Assembly: GCA_963422205.2 (NCBI GenBank)
Contig: CAXMWX010000005.1
Location: forward strand, 416,001-480,000
Direction of reading: 5' to 3'
Length of the DNA stretch: 64,000 nt
Source: Gammaproteobacteria bacterium
Lineage (GTDB): Bacteria > Pseudomonadota > Gammaproteobacteria > Eutrophobiales > Eutrophobiaceae
The position numbers and the translations under genes are program-made. Positions 19,786 to 32,428 of the stretch are shown piece by piece (positions within the stretch are counted from its first letter, which is position 1; every line of letters starts with the position of its first letter). Below the pieces are notes generated by a model that made no database searches, was not told the DNA's origin, and saw only the letters and a list, made by a program, of their open reading frames with translations.

Positions 19786-21326
19786 GCCTCCCGTGCAGGG
19801 TAAAAATCTCTATAACCGGTGAGCCACATAACCGCCGTGTAAATCAACACGCCGATAGCAATCCACAGCAACAACTCCAACACGCGCTCAGTAAGTACCA
19901 GCCCTGACCAGTGATCCAAACCGGGCACAAACAGATACAGGGGCAGACTCATCAAGCCCACCGCCAGGCTGATACGCAGTAAATGCTTCGCCCAGCCCGG
20001 CTGGTACTGATAATGACCACCACGCCTTAAACGACGGTATAAAATGGCCACATTAATATACGCAGACAATGAAGTCGCCAAGGCGAGGCCAGCATGAGCA
20101 AGCGGGATCACCAGCAGCAAACTCAACACAATATTGCACAACATCGCAATAGCCGCCGCCCGCACCGGCGTTTTGGTGTCCTGTCGTGCAAAAAATCCCG
20201 ATGACAGGATTTTAGTCAATATAACACCCGGCAGACCCAGCGCATAGGCGATCAGGCTGTAGCTTGACATCTCAACATAAAAGCGGCTGAACTCATGGTA
20301 TTGAAACAGCGTTGAGATGGCCGGTGCCGCTAACAATATCAGCCCGAGTGTGGCCGGAACAGCGATGACAAAAACCCAGCGCAAGGCCCAGTCCAGAGTT
20401 TTGCTGAAAGCCTGCATCTCAGCATGGCTGTGTTTGTCGGACAGGTAAGGCAGGATCACCGTTGCCAGCGCAATGCCAAAGATCCCCAGGGGGAAGGCAA
20501 TCAGCCGGTCGGAGAAATACAGCCAGGAAATACTGCCGCTTTGCAAAAATGAGGCGATCATGGTATCGACCAGCAGGTTGATCTGCATGACAGAAGTGGC
20601 AAACAGGGCCGGCAGCATTAATTTGAAGATACGCCTTGCACCTTCCCAGTCTTTATTCAGGCCCGGCCCTGGTAACATGCCGATACGCTGCAAGAAAGGC
20701 AACTGGAACACCAGCTGCACGATGCCTGCAATCAACACCCCCCAGGCCAGGGCGATGACCTTGCTGGTCTCAGGAAACCGGGGCGCCAGCCAGATGGCAC
20801 AGCCAAGCAGCGAGAGATTCAGCAACACCGGGGTGAATGCCGGCACAGCAAAACGCCCATAGGTATTCAAAATACCCCCGGCCAGGGCGGTCAGCGAGAT
20901 GAACAGGATATAAGGAAAGGTGATCCGCAACATATCAGCCGCCAGCAGTTGTTTCCCCGGCTGCTCGATAAAACCCGGCGCAAACAGATAGATCAACCAG
21001 GGCGCCAGCAACACCCCCAGCACGGTGGTGACCAGCAACACCAGCCCCAGCACAGCGGTGATCTGCGCTACCAGCGCCTGTGCCGCCGCCGGCTCTCTTT
21101 GCTGTTTGTACTCCGCCAGCACTGGCACAAAGGCTTGGGAGAAGCCACCTTCAGCGAAGATACGCCGCAGAAAATTGGGGATGCGAAAGGCGACAATGAA
21201 CGCATCCAGCCCGCCGCTGGCACTGAAAAAAACCGCCAGGACGACATCACGCAACAGACCAAAAACCCGTGACAGCAAGGTCATCAGGCTGACGATCAGA
21301 GTCGATTTCAGCAATTTTCTACTCAT
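19782..21326 (-). CDS. murJ: Lipid II flippase MurJ (MviN)
   Basis: SRVFGLLRD, AFRIPNFLRRIFAEGGFSQAFVPVL and many TM segments. Confidence 0.97.
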   Translation of the reverse strand: MSRKLLKSTLIVSLMTLLSRVFGLLRDVVLAVFFSASGGLDAFIVAFRIPNFLRRIFAEGGFSQAFVPVLAEYKQQREPAAAQALVAQITAVLGLVLLVTTVLGVLLAPWLIYLFAPGFIEQPGKQLLAADMLRITFPYILFISLTALAGGILNTYGRFAVPAFTPVLLNLSLLGCAIWLAPRFPETSKVIALAWGVLIAGIVQLVFQLPFLQRIGMLPGPGLNKDWEGARRIFKLMLPALFATSVMQINLLVDTMIASFLQSGSISWLYFSDRLIAFPLGIFGIALATVILPYLSDKHSHAEMQAFSKTLDWALRWVFVIAVPATLGLILLAAPAISTLFQYHEFSRFYVEMSSYSLIAYALGLPGVILTKILSSGFFARQDTKTPVRAAAIAMLCNIVLSLLLVIPLAHAGLALATSLSAYINVAILYRRLRRGGHYQYQPGWAKHLLRISLAVGLMSLPLYLFVPGLDHWSGLVLTERVLELLLWIAIGVLIYTAVMWLTGYRDFYPAREA

Positions 21327-21505
21327 CTTCAAATAGCGATATGTCCCTGAGAAATCATGACCATATCGGGGCTATATCATTGTTTCCAATATATTAGTTG
21401 CAAAACCTTTGAGCATACCACAATGTCAAGAGTGATTGACAAACCACCTGCATATCCGCATAGTTATGCGCCTTTGACAAACCATATGATTTGAAGGAGT
21501 AACCC

Positions 21506-21766
21506 TTGGCCAATATTGCCTCAGCAAAGAAACGCATCCGACAATCACAGAAGCGACGGCAGCAGAACATGGCGCAACGTTCCATGCTGCGCTCCAGTAT
21601 CAAACGTGTCGCTGCTGCCATCGCCAGTGGTGACAAAGCAGCCGCAAACGCCGCCTACCCACCTGCCATGTCCATGATCGACAAGATGGCCAGTAAAGGC
21701 ATTATTCACAAGAACAAGGCCGCCCGCCATAAAAGCCGCCTGAGTGCCCAGATCCAGGCACTGTAA
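21506..21766 (+). CDS. rpsT: 30S ribosomal protein S20
   Basis: [13 protein letters not shown]...[16 protein letters not shown]. Confidence 0.98.
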   Translation: MANIASAKKRIRQSQKRRQQNMAQRSMLRSSIKRVAAAIASGDKAAANAAYPPAMSMIDKMASKGIIHKNKAARHKSRLSAQIQAL

Positions 21767-21869
21767 GACAGCACGCAAGCACCTCTCAAGAGACGGACGC
21801 CGGGGCAGGCACGGCGCTCGGCTATTTTCACACCGGCACAGCCTGCACCTCATCAGGACAGCGGCCAGC

Positions 21870-24069
<2,200 letters not shown>

Positions 24070-24251
24070 TCAAGACATGCGGTTGCTGGACTCATCGGCA
24101 CGAACATCATGGCGAGCAGCACCCCAGCCATGCTGTCCTCACCTGTCGGCGAGGGCGATAGCAACAGGGGCAGCTATTGGGCGAGACAAGCGCACAGCCA
24201 AGCCGTGGATTCAGGTGGTGGCAGCCAGGCGTTCTGCCAAGGGGGTAGTTG

Positions 24252-24509
24252 TCAACTCGCCAGCACGTTCACATAGGTGCGCTTGCGCGGCCCACGGCGG
24301 GTAAATTGAACCTGGCCATCGCGCATGGCAAACAAGGTGTGATCATGCCCCATGCCCACATTGACACCGGCATGGAAGCGGGTGCCACGCTGGCGTACAA
24401 TGATGTTGCCTGCCTTGACCTGCTCGCTGCCAAAGCGCTTTACCCCCAGCCGTTTCGATTCTGAATCGCGACCGTTTTTCGAACTGCCGCCTGCTTTTTT
24501 GTGTGCCAT
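24252..24509 (-). CDS. rpmA: 50S ribosomal protein L27
   Basis: [24 protein letters not shown]. Confidence 0.98.
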   Translation of the reverse strand: MAHKKAGGSSKNGRDSESKRLGVKRFGSEQVKAGNIIVRQRGTRFHAGVNVGMGHDHTLFAMRDGQVQFTRRGPRKRTYVNVLAS

Positions 24510-24547
24510 GAGTCTGCTGCTGCTCCAACGTTATCGGATTATCCAGG

Positions 24548-24862
24548 TTATCCGGGGGTAATGTCATTGATGGTCAATTCAGTATACGCCTGCCGGTGTC
24601 CCATCTGTTTGCGATGGTGTTTGCGCCGTTTGAACTTTATAATGTTGACCTTGGGGCGGCGCCCGTGCGCCTTGACGGTGGCCGTCACCCTGGCACCGCT
24701 GAGGTGGGGCGTACCCACGCTGACCGCATCACCATCGGCAACCAGCAGCACGTCAGTCAACTCCACGGTATCATCTTTACTGACGTTCAGTTTTTCAACC
24801 CGGATGGTATCGCCTGCCGCTACCCGGTATTGTTTGCCCCCGGTCTTAATCACCGCATACAT
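24548..24862 (-). CDS. rplU: 50S ribosomal protein L21
   Basis: MYAVIKTGGKQYRV...KFKRRKHHRKQMGHRQ. Confidence 0.98.
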   Translation of the reverse strand: MYAVIKTGGKQYRVAAGDTIRVEKLNVSKDDTVELTDVLLVADGDAVSVGTPHLSGARVTATVKAHGRRPKVNIIKFKRRKHHRKQMGHRQAYTELTINDITPG

Positions 24863-25033
24863 AAATTCATGCCCCCAGATACTGGTCAGTCAGCCAGGTG
24901 GTGTTAGATAAGGGTGCAGATTTTAAGGAATTGCCGCTGTTCTCACAAGCACTATTGACAGATTAAGGGCGGGATTGTTTGGCTTTCTCTGCCAGCCTTG
25001 GCAAAATGCCGTAACAGTCAGGAAAATGACCCG

Positions 25034-26038
25034 ATGACCGCCACAACACAGGCCGTAGCCGCACCGAAAATGGATATTGCTGACATCCGTACATTGATCA
25101 AGGAGGACATGGACAAAGTGAACCGCCTGATTCAGCGCAAATTACACTCTGAAGTGAGCCTGATCGATCAGTGCGGCCATTATATCGTCAACAGCGGGGG
25201 TAAACGCCTGCGTCCGGCCCTGGTGCTGCTGAGCGCCCGGTCTTTTGCCTATGAACACGAGCAGCACATTGATTTATCAGCCATTATTGAATTTATCCAT
25301 ACCGCCACCCTGCTGCATGACGATGTCGTTGATGCTTCAGCGCTGCGGCGTGGGCGGGTGAGCGCCAATCAGCGCTGGGGCAATGAGGCCAGCGTGCTGG
25401 TGGGTGATTTTCTCTATTCACGCGCCTTTCAGATGATGGTTGAGGCAGGATCCAGCCAGGTCATGCAGATCATGGCAGATGCGACCAATACCATTGCCGA
25501 GGGGGAAGTGCAGCAGCTATTGAACAGACATGACCCGGACACGACCGAGGCGCGTTACCTGCAAGTCGTCCACAACAAGACCGCCAAGCTGTTTGCCGCC
25601 GCCGCCCAGCTGGGGGCGGTCATCGCCGGCCAGGATGAGACCACCGAGATGGCGATGGCGAGCTATGGCAAACACCTTGGCATCGCCTATCAGCTGGTTG
25701 ATGATGTGCTGGATTACAGCGCAACAGCCGATGTGCTGGGCAAGAACATGGGCGATGATCTGGCGGAGGGAAAACCGACGCTGCCCCTGCTGTATGCCAT
25801 GTGGCACGGTGATGACACCCAGTCGACCATTATCCGGCAGGCTATCAAAAGCGGTGGCCTGGAAGAGTTGGATGAAATCACCGGGGCGATTGAGCAGACG
25901 GGGGCGCTGGCGTACACAGCAGAGCGTGCCCGCCAGGAGGCCAGTACCGCCATGGCGGCGATAACCGATCTGCCTGTATCTGAATACAAAGACGCCTTGT
26001 ATGCCTTGGCGGTTTTTGTTACCCAGAGGACACATTAA
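25034..26038 (+). CDS. ispB: Octaprenyl diphosphate synthase
   Basis: GGKRLRP, LLHDDVVD (FARM), QLVDDVLD (SARM) and EGKPTLP; divergent from rplU. Confidence 0.95.
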   Translation: MTATTQAVAAPKMDIADIRTLIKEDMDKVNRLIQRKLHSEVSLIDQCGHYIVNSGGKRLRPALVLLSARSFAYEHEQHIDLSAIIEFIHTATLLHDDVVDASALRRGRVSANQRWGNEASVLVGDFLYSRAFQMMVEAGSSQVMQIMADATNTIAEGEVQQLLNRHDPDTTEARYLQVVHNKTAKLFAAAAQLGAVIAGQDETTEMAMASYGKHLGIAYQLVDDVLDYSATADVLGKNMGDDLAEGKPTLPLLYAMWHGDDTQSTIIRQAIKSGGLEELDEITGAIEQTGALAYTAERARQEASTAMAAITDLPVSEYKDALYALAVFVTQRTH

Positions 26039-26240
26039 CTGGTGCATCGGCGGGCGATGACGATGGCCTTCGCATGCGCCGGAGAGAGCCCATCACCGCC
26101 ATGGATGACAGAGCAGCAATCGTTCCTGACGATTGCTTTGCATACACGCCACACTTGGGAGATATGAAGATAAATGCAACAGGATTGCCCAGAGCAATTC
26201 TTGGCCTTGGCATCTCGGCGGGTGTGTGCCGCCCGTACAT

Positions 26241-26270
26241 AAAAAAAGCCTGCTGGGGGGCAGCAGGCTT
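26241..26270 (-). terminator. Rho-independent terminator
   Basis: Minus strand reads AAGCCTGCTG-CCCC-CCAGCAGGCTTTTTTT: a GC stem followed by a T-run. Confidence 0.8.
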
Positions 26271-26321
26271 CAAGGTTGAGTTGTCACGTGTGTAATCAAC
26301 TCTAAGGGAGGGGGATTGACA

Positions 26322-26423
26322 TCAACTGTTGTCTGATTTCTCGTTATCTGCGGATAAAAACTGCTCTGAGATAAAATCGGCGATACAAGTTATCGCAAAC
26401 AAAATAATGGCTACGTTAATCAT
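26322..26423 (-). CDS. Putative 33-aa small protein (or dual-function sRNA) divergent from the LysR gene
   Basis: AAGGAG RBS, MINVAIILFAITCIADFISEQFLSADNEKSDNS*, and the terminator at 26241-26270 downstream. Confidence 0.5.
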   Translation of the reverse strand: MINVAIILFAITCIADFISEQFLSADNEKSDNS

Positions 26424-26552
26424 TTCCAAATGCTCCTTTTAAGATAAAAATCTGTGTTAATTCGTTTTAGTCTAGCCCTTAATAGGAATAATTCAAATAT
26501 ATTGTTATCATAATAAACATGATTGATAATTATATCTTACGATGTCATCTCT

Positions 26553-27479
26553 ATGCGAAACGCACTCTCAAGAACCGATCTTAACCTGTTGGTTGCCTTG
26601 AAGGTTTTGATTGAGGAGAGAAATGTCACCAAGGCAGCAGAGCGGCTTTTTATCACCCAGCCGGCGATGAGTAAAACGCTGCACCGATTACGGCGCCTGT
26701 TTGATGATCCGCTGTTCACACGCACCTCCCACGGCCTGGTTCCCACCCCCAAAACCGAGGAGTTGAGCGCACCCCTGCATGCGATACTGGCGCAGATTGA
26801 AACTTCGCTGCTGATGCCGGATTTCAACCCCGCCAAGGTGAGGGGTAAAATCTTCATTACCGCCCCTGAATTTTTTGCGATCGGCGCGATTCCGATGTTA
26901 CTGGACAAACTACAGCAACAGGCACCTCACCTGTTGATCCAGTCACGTAACCTGCTTGATAATCAGGAGGAGCAACTGGCCAACGGTCAACTGGACTTTG
27001 CTATCGATTTGCAGCAACACTATGGCACACACATTACCTGCCATGAGCTATTTACCACGAAGGCCGTGTTATGGATGCGAGAGCAACATCCGCTGGCCAG
27101 CAAAGCAAGAGTCACCCGCAAAGAGTTGATACAATACCCTTTCATCAGCCTGCTGATCCCAAATATTCACGATATGGATTTACAAACCACCAGGGAGCGC
27201 CTGGTCAATAGCGGCATCGGCGAGCAGCCGATCTTAAGAACATCACAACTGCTAACAGCCCTGGAATCACTGGCACGCAGTGACTGTCTGCTGATCGGGC
27301 CTGACTATCTCGGCAGGTTCAAGCTGACCAAAAGCCATATCATATCCAAGGCCATACCCAAGGGGCTGAGGGTGGATAACTTTCCCATGCGCCTGTGCCT
27401 GATCCAGCATCAACGCACACACAACTCGCACCTGCACATCTGGCTGAGGGAATTAATGCTGGCGCTGTTTCAGGATTGA
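26553..27479 (+). CDS. LysR family regulator (NodD/LeuO-like)
   Basis: DLNLLVALKVLIEERNVTKAAERLFITQPAMSKTLHRLR..FDDPLF. Confidence 0.93.
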   Translation: MRNALSRTDLNLLVALKVLIEERNVTKAAERLFITQPAMSKTLHRLRRLFDDPLFTRTSHGLVPTPKTEELSAPLHAILAQIETSLLMPDFNPAKVRGKIFITAPEFFAIGAIPMLLDKLQQQAPHLLIQSRNLLDNQEEQLANGQLDFAIDLQQHYGTHITCHELFTTKAVLWMREQHPLASKARVTRKELIQYPFISLLIPNIHDMDLQTTRERLVNSGIGEQPILRTSQLLTALESLARSDCLLIGPDYLGRFKLTKSHIISKAIPKGLRVDNFPMRLCLIQHQRTHNSHLHIWLRELMLALFQD

Positions 27480-27540
27480 TGAGCTGGACAAACGGCCTGC
27501 TGCAAAAACTCCCATCGAAAAAACCCTGTTCAATCCCCCG

Positions 27541-28968
27541 ATGATCCCCCGTTTCCCCTTTTTTCTGTACAGCAGTTTTTTATCTTTCGCCCTGGCAACG
27601 GCAATGGCAACCCCCCTGCCAACCCCAATCAAATCCAGCATCAACAGCCACGGCATTCCGCCCACGGCCTATGGTCTGTATGTCAAGCAGCTGGGTTCCC
27701 ATGAGCCGCTGGTAAGCGTGAATGCCGATACTGCCCGCAACCCGGCCTCGGCGATCAAGATCGTCACCACCCTGGCGGTGCTGGAGATTCTCGGGCCGGT
27801 GTGGCGCTGGAAAACAGAAGTCTACACACGCGGCAGGATCAGCGAAGGCGTACTGCATGGTGATCTGGTGTTCAAAGGCTATGGCGATCCCTATCTGACA
27901 ACAGAAGAATTATGGCGGCTGCTGAAAAATTTACGCCGTAAAGGCATCAAACAAATCAACGGCGATATACTCATCGACAACAGTTATTTTACCATCCCCC
28001 ATGAAGACCCGGCGGCCTTTGATAACCGGCCGCTGCGTGCTTATAACGTCCCGCCCAGTGCCTTTATGGTCAATTTCAAGACGGCGTATTTTTATTTCTC
28101 CCCGGCCGCCAATGGCCGCAAGGTGCTGATCGATGTAGAACCCCCATTGCCTAACCTGAAGATAGAAAATCGTCTGCAGTTAAAGAAATCCGGCTGTCAT
28201 GGTTATCAGCGCGGCATCGCCATGCGTACAGCCGAGCAGGCCAGCGCCGATCATATTATCTTCGAAGGCAGCTTTCCTACCGGCTGCCGGGAATACGTGT
28301 TAGCGCGCACGGCACTGGCACACCCGACATTTGCCTTTGGTGTGATTGCTTCATTATGGCAGCAACTCGGCGGCAGGATCAGCGGCCAAGTCGGTTCCAC
28401 GACCGTGCAAAGGCAAGAAAAGCCTAAGCTGGTCTGGCGCTCCAAACCCCTGGCCGATGTGATCAGACTGGTGAATAAATTCAGCAACAATGTGATGACC
28501 CGGCAACTCCTGCTCACCCTTGGGGCAACACAGGCCGACAAGACCGGCACAGTTGAAAATGGTCGCCAGGTAATCTACGACTATCTGACACAACAAGGAC
28601 TGGATATCAGCTCCCTGCACATTGACAACGGGGCGGGCCTCTCACGTAATGTACGCATCTCTCCCCGGCTGTTAAGCGAGATCCTGGAGTTGGGCGCAAA
28701 CTCGTTGTTTCACGCTGAATTCAAATCGTCACTGGCGATCATCGGGATGGATGGTACAGCAAGGAGACGTCTGGCCGGCCAGCAGGAAGCCGGACATGCC
28801 CACCTCAAGACCGGCACGATTGATCATGTCTCGGCGGCGGCGGGTTACGTGACCTCAAACAGCGGCAAAAAATATGTCTATGCGGCGATGATCAATCATA
28901 CAAACGCCCACCGGGGTTCAGGCAAGGCCGTGATGAATGCCATCATCCGCTGGCTCTACAGGCAATGA
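27541..28968 (+). CDS. dacB: D-Ala-D-Ala carboxypeptidase/endopeptidase PBP4
   Basis: PASAIK (SxxK), GYGDPYL, SNN, GAGLSR and KTG. Confidence 0.93.
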   Translation: MIPRFPFFLYSSFLSFALATAMATPLPTPIKSSINSHGIPPTAYGLYVKQLGSHEPLVSVNADTARNPASAIKIVTTLAVLEILGPVWRWKTEVYTRGRISEGVLHGDLVFKGYGDPYLTTEELWRLLKNLRRKGIKQINGDILIDNSYFTIPHEDPAAFDNRPLRAYNVPPSAFMVNFKTAYFYFSPAANGRKVLIDVEPPLPNLKIENRLQLKKSGCHGYQRGIAMRTAEQASADHIIFEGSFPTGCREYVLARTALAHPTFAFGVIASLWQQLGGRISGQVGSTTVQRQEKPKLVWRSKPLADVIRLVNKFSNNVMTRQLLLTLGATQADKTGTVENGRQVIYDYLTQQGLDISSLHIDNGAGLSRNVRISPRLLSEILELGANSLFHAEFKSSLAIIGMDGTARRRLAGQQEAGHAHLKTGTIDHVSAAAGYVTSNSGKKYVYAAMINHTNAHRGSGKAVMNAIIRWLYRQ

Positions 28969-29036
28969 CGCAGCAACCTGTCAGGACACAAAATACGCAC
29001 ACCAGGCTCATGGCATCCGCTATACACGCTATTCTC

Positions 29037-29753
29037 TTATGGCCATTGCCTTATGATCGTATCGGGGCTGTGTACCCCCAAGGTCGCCACATAACCGGCG
29101 GCAACCTCCAGGCGATGCAGGGACCACTGCCTTGCCGCAGTTGCATCCGTATGCAGCCGCAACAGCCTGGCGGCACTGTCTGGCTCGACATTCACCTCAA
29201 AGGCTTTTAAGCCATAAGCGATCCCATCCCCCACGGCCTTGACAAAGGCTTCCTTGCGAGTCCAGCAGCTAAAAAATGCCGTTACGGCGTGCTCGCCCGC
29301 ATAGTGTTGCAAGGCATCATACTCAGCCGGGGAGAAAAAACGTTTTGCCAGTGCCGGCCAGCACACCTCCGGGCGGACCTTCTCTATATCCACCCCGACA
29401 GCATCAACCAATGTCAGGGCCAGCAGCACCTCGCCCTGTGAGTGGCTGACATTAAATTGAATATCGCTACGCCCATGGCGCTCATGCAACACCAGCTTGC
29501 CATGTTCAAGCGTGCTGAATTGAATATCCGCAGCGGGCAGATGCAGGTGTTCGGATAAACGCTGCCTCAAGAGGCCACGGGTGATGATAAATTCATGGTA
29601 TTTATACGCCGCCCGGCATTGCCCGGCACGGTGCAGCTCATCGCTGTTCAGTTGTTGCCGGTAGACGGGCAACTGTGCCAGCCCCTGTGCAACATTCACC
29701 GACCAGACATCAACGATGCCTCGTCGTAACCCGGGCCAGGCGGCAACGCTCAT
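29037..29753 (-). CDS. Sfp-type 4'-phosphopantetheinyl transferase (PfaE-like)
   Basis: FNVSHS, VGVDIE and WTRKEAFVKAVG; last gene of the pfa-ole run. Confidence 0.92.
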   Translation of the reverse strand: MSVAAWPGLRRGIVDVWSVNVAQGLAQLPVYRQQLNSDELHRAGQCRAAYKYHEFIITRGLLRQRLSEHLHLPAADIQFSTLEHGKLVLHERHGRSDIQFNVSHSQGEVLLALTLVDAVGVDIEKVRPEVCWPALAKRFFSPAEYDALQHYAGEHAVTAFFSCWTRKEAFVKAVGDGIAYGLKAFEVNVEPDSAARLLRLHTDATAARQWSLHRLEVAAGYVATLGVHSPDTIIRQWP

Positions 29754-30754
29754 GCGCTCTCCCGTTGGGGATCAGCCAGGGCAGCGGCCAGGGCTGCCAT
29801 CCCCCGTGCCATGCTCACCCTGGGCGTATAGCCAAGATCACGTGCAGCGGCGCCGAGATCATACCAGTGTGAACAGGCCAGCTGTCTGGCGATAAAACGA
29901 GTCATAAACGGCTCCTGCTGGATGCGAAAGAGCGCATAAAACCCTTCCGTGACTGCACCGATGCCGTACAGCAGCCTTGGGTTGATCGTCTTCGTTACCG
30001 GGTCAAGCCCGGCGGCCTGTAACATAGCGTTGATCAGGGAGGCCATCGCCACCGGCTCACCATTACCGATGAAGTAGGTCTTGCCCGCACAGGCAGCACC
30101 GCACGCCAGGGCCTCGGCTGCCAATACATGGGCATCCACGGCATTATCAATATAGACAGCATCCATCAATTTACCGGGGGCATTGACCAAGCGCAACCTG
30201 CCGGTCCTGGCGCGCTTGATAATCCGCGGCAGCAGTTGCGTATCGCCAGGCCCCCAGAGCAGATGAGGACGCAGTGCAACAGTGGCCAGCGCCGTTGAAT
30301 TGGCGGCCAGCACCAGGCGCTCGGCCTCGGCCTTGGTGCGCTGGTAATGCGTCATCATGTGATGCGAATACGGCGCAGACTCATCCACGCCCTCATCATC
30401 GGTACCATCGAAAACAACACTGGGCGAGCTGGTATAGATCAGCCTGCCGATCTGCTGCTGCCGACACGCCCGCAAGACATTTTCCGTGCCTTGCACGTTA
30501 CTGCGGTAGTAGTCCTGATAATCCCCCCAGACACCAGCCCTGGCCGCCACATGAAAGATAATATCACAGCCCTCCGCCGCCTGGCTGACACGCTCCGCAA
30601 TGGCGATATCACCCTGAAAATTTATCATCCCCGGCTGCTGCAAGCGCTCATAGCGACCACGTTGCAGGGTATGGACGGTATCACCCCGCCGCCACAGGGC
30701 CCGGGCGATAGCCCCGCCCAGAAAACCGCCCGCCCCGGTCACCAACGCCTTCAC
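29750..30754 (-). CDS. oleD: OleD 2-alkyl-3-oxoalkanoate reductase (extended SDR)
   Basis: TGAGGFLG, HVAARAGVWG, YTSSPSV, YQRTK and LRPHLLWGPGD; follows oleC. Confidence 0.9.
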   Translation of the reverse strand: MKALVTGAGGFLGGAIARALWRRGDTVHTLQRGRYERLQQPGMINFQGDIAIAERVSQAAEGCDIIFHVAARAGVWGDYQDYYRSNVQGTENVLRACRQQQIGRLIYTSSPSVVFDGTDDEGVDESAPYSHHMMTHYQRTKAEAERLVLAANSTALATVALRPHLLWGPGDTQLLPRIIKRARTGRLRLVNAPGKLMDAVYIDNAVDAHVLAAEALACGAACAGKTYFIGNGEPVAMASLINAMLQAAGLDPVTKTINPRLLYGIGAVTEGFYALFRIQQEPFMTRFIARQLACSHWYDLGAAARDLGYTPRVSMARGMAALAAALADPQRESA

Positions 30755-32394
30755 CGCATCTGCCTCTGCGCCCAGGCGGCTAATTGCTCTCGGTCAATTT
30801 TGGCATTATGCCGGACATCCACCGGGAACTGCGGATGAAAAAAGAAATGTTTTATCCTGGCGGTTTGCGCTGTGCCAGCACCAAGCGCCAACAACTCATC
30901 AACGATCGTTGCCAGCTTCACCCGCTTGATGCCTGCCTCCAGCTCAACGCACAAAGCAGGCAAGGTCGCACCGCCGATCTGTAGCGGGATCAGCGCCGTG
31001 CGAAAGACATGTGCATGGGTATTGAACACCGCCTCACAACACACCGAATAATACCTCATCCCCTGGCTTTCAACCCGGTGGCTTTTGCGCCCGCAAAACC
31101 ACACCCGCCCCTGCTCATCCAGATAACCCAGATCGCCCATGCGATGATAAAACGAATCGCCCGCCGGAATCTTTGCCAGGGCAGTGGCCTGCTGCCGATG
31201 GTAATACCCTGCCGTCACCTGCTCACCCTGCACCACGATCTCACCAGTCGCATACGCTGGCAGGGGCAGATCATCCCGCCAGTCATCAATCGCCTCATCG
31301 GTGATGCCAATAATATGCAGCGTGATCCCGGCCACAGGCGGCCCGATGCAAATGCCCTTGCCCTGCCGGGTCAGCGCACCGGTCTCATCCAGCACGGTCT
31401 GGCTGTCAATCGAACACACCGGCAGGGCTTCAGTGGCACCGTAGGGCGTATGGATACAGGCGGGCGCATCCAGGGCCGGGCTTAATTTACGCAACACCTC
31501 TACCGGCACCGGCGCACCCGCCGACAACACCCGCTTCAGGCTGAGCATATTCTTCTTATGCCATATCAGCCAGTCGCCGAGGCGATTCAGCAGGGCCGGC
31601 GAGCCGAACATCGTGGTGGGCTGGAACCTGTCAACCGCTTGCATCAGGATATCCGGGTCAACACGGCCAGGACGGCTGAAATCCATCGCCGGGATGATCG
31701 CCGTCATGCCCAGCGCCGGTGCGAACAGGGCGAACAAGGGAAAAGTCGCCAGATCAACCTCCCCCGGCCGGATGTCATACAGGGTGCGAATGGCTTTAAC
31801 CTGGGCGTTAAAATTGGCATGGGTATAGATCACGCCCTTGGGTACGCCCGTGCTGCCGCTGGTAAACAGGATCGCCGCCAGGTCGTGATGATGGGTCGGG
31901 TTCATGGCAGGCAGGGGCGAATCGGCGGCCAGGCGTCTTATCAACGGCAGATCAGACAGGCAATAACCAAACAGCCGCCACGGCTCCACCACGATCGTGA
32001 TCCTGATGCTCGGCCTGGCCCAGGCCAGCAGCCGGCGGGCAATGTGCGCCCGGCGATTGCCGATAAATGCCTGTGGCTCGGCCTCGGCCAAACACCGACC
32101 AAGCTGCCTAAGTCCCATACCGGGATCGATGGCGATCAGGATCGCACCGATCTTGAACAAGGCAAAGGCCAGCGCAAAAAAATCCCGCCCCGGCGGCAGC
32201 ATCAATGCGGTGCGTGTGCCTTTAACGACACCCGCCGCCTGTAGCCCCCGTGCCAGTTCATCGCTGGCCTGATCAAGCTCAGCATAGGTGTAGCTGGGGA
32301 AGTCCCTCGCTCGGGTTTGCACCACCACGGCCAGCGTTTCCGGCTGCTGTGCGGCCATCAACGGCAGATGCAGGGCGATATTCTCACTATCCAT
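30751..32394 (-). CDS. oleC: OleC olefin beta-lactone synthetase (AMP-dependent ligase)
   Basis: ILFTSGSTGVPKG, DLATFPLFALF, TPYGATEALPV, HRMGDLG, FCGRKSHRV and FPVDVRHNAKI. Confidence 0.92.
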   Translation of the reverse strand: MDSENIALHLPLMAAQQPETLAVVVQTRARDFPSYTYAELDQASDELARGLQAAGVVKGTRTALMLPPGRDFFALAFALFKIGAILIAIDPGMGLRQLGRCLAEAEPQAFIGNRRAHIARRLLAWARPSIRITIVVEPWRLFGYCLSDLPLIRRLAADSPLPAMNPTHHHDLAAILFTSGSTGVPKGVIYTHANFNAQVKAIRTLYDIRPGEVDLATFPLFALFAPALGMTAIIPAMDFSRPGRVDPDILMQAVDRFQPTTMFGSPALLNRLGDWLIWHKKNMLSLKRVLSAGAPVPVEVLRKLSPALDAPACIHTPYGATEALPVCSIDSQTVLDETGALTRQGKGICIGPPVAGITLHIIGITDEAIDDWRDDLPLPAYATGEIVVQGEQVTAGYYHRQQATALAKIPAGDSFYHRMGDLGYLDEQGRVWFCGRKSHRVESQGMRYYSVCCEAVFNTHAHVFRTALIPLQIGGATLPALCVELEAGIKRVKLATIVDELLALGAGTAQTARIKHFFFHPQFPVDVRHNAKIDREQLAAWAQRQMR

Positions 32395-32428
32395 AAACAG
32401 GTCACTGGCAACACGATCGCTGGCGGCA

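Noticed and set aside
26019-26295. Short ORFs downstream of ispB
   Set aside because: No recognisable motifs or RBS, and they overlap the terminator.
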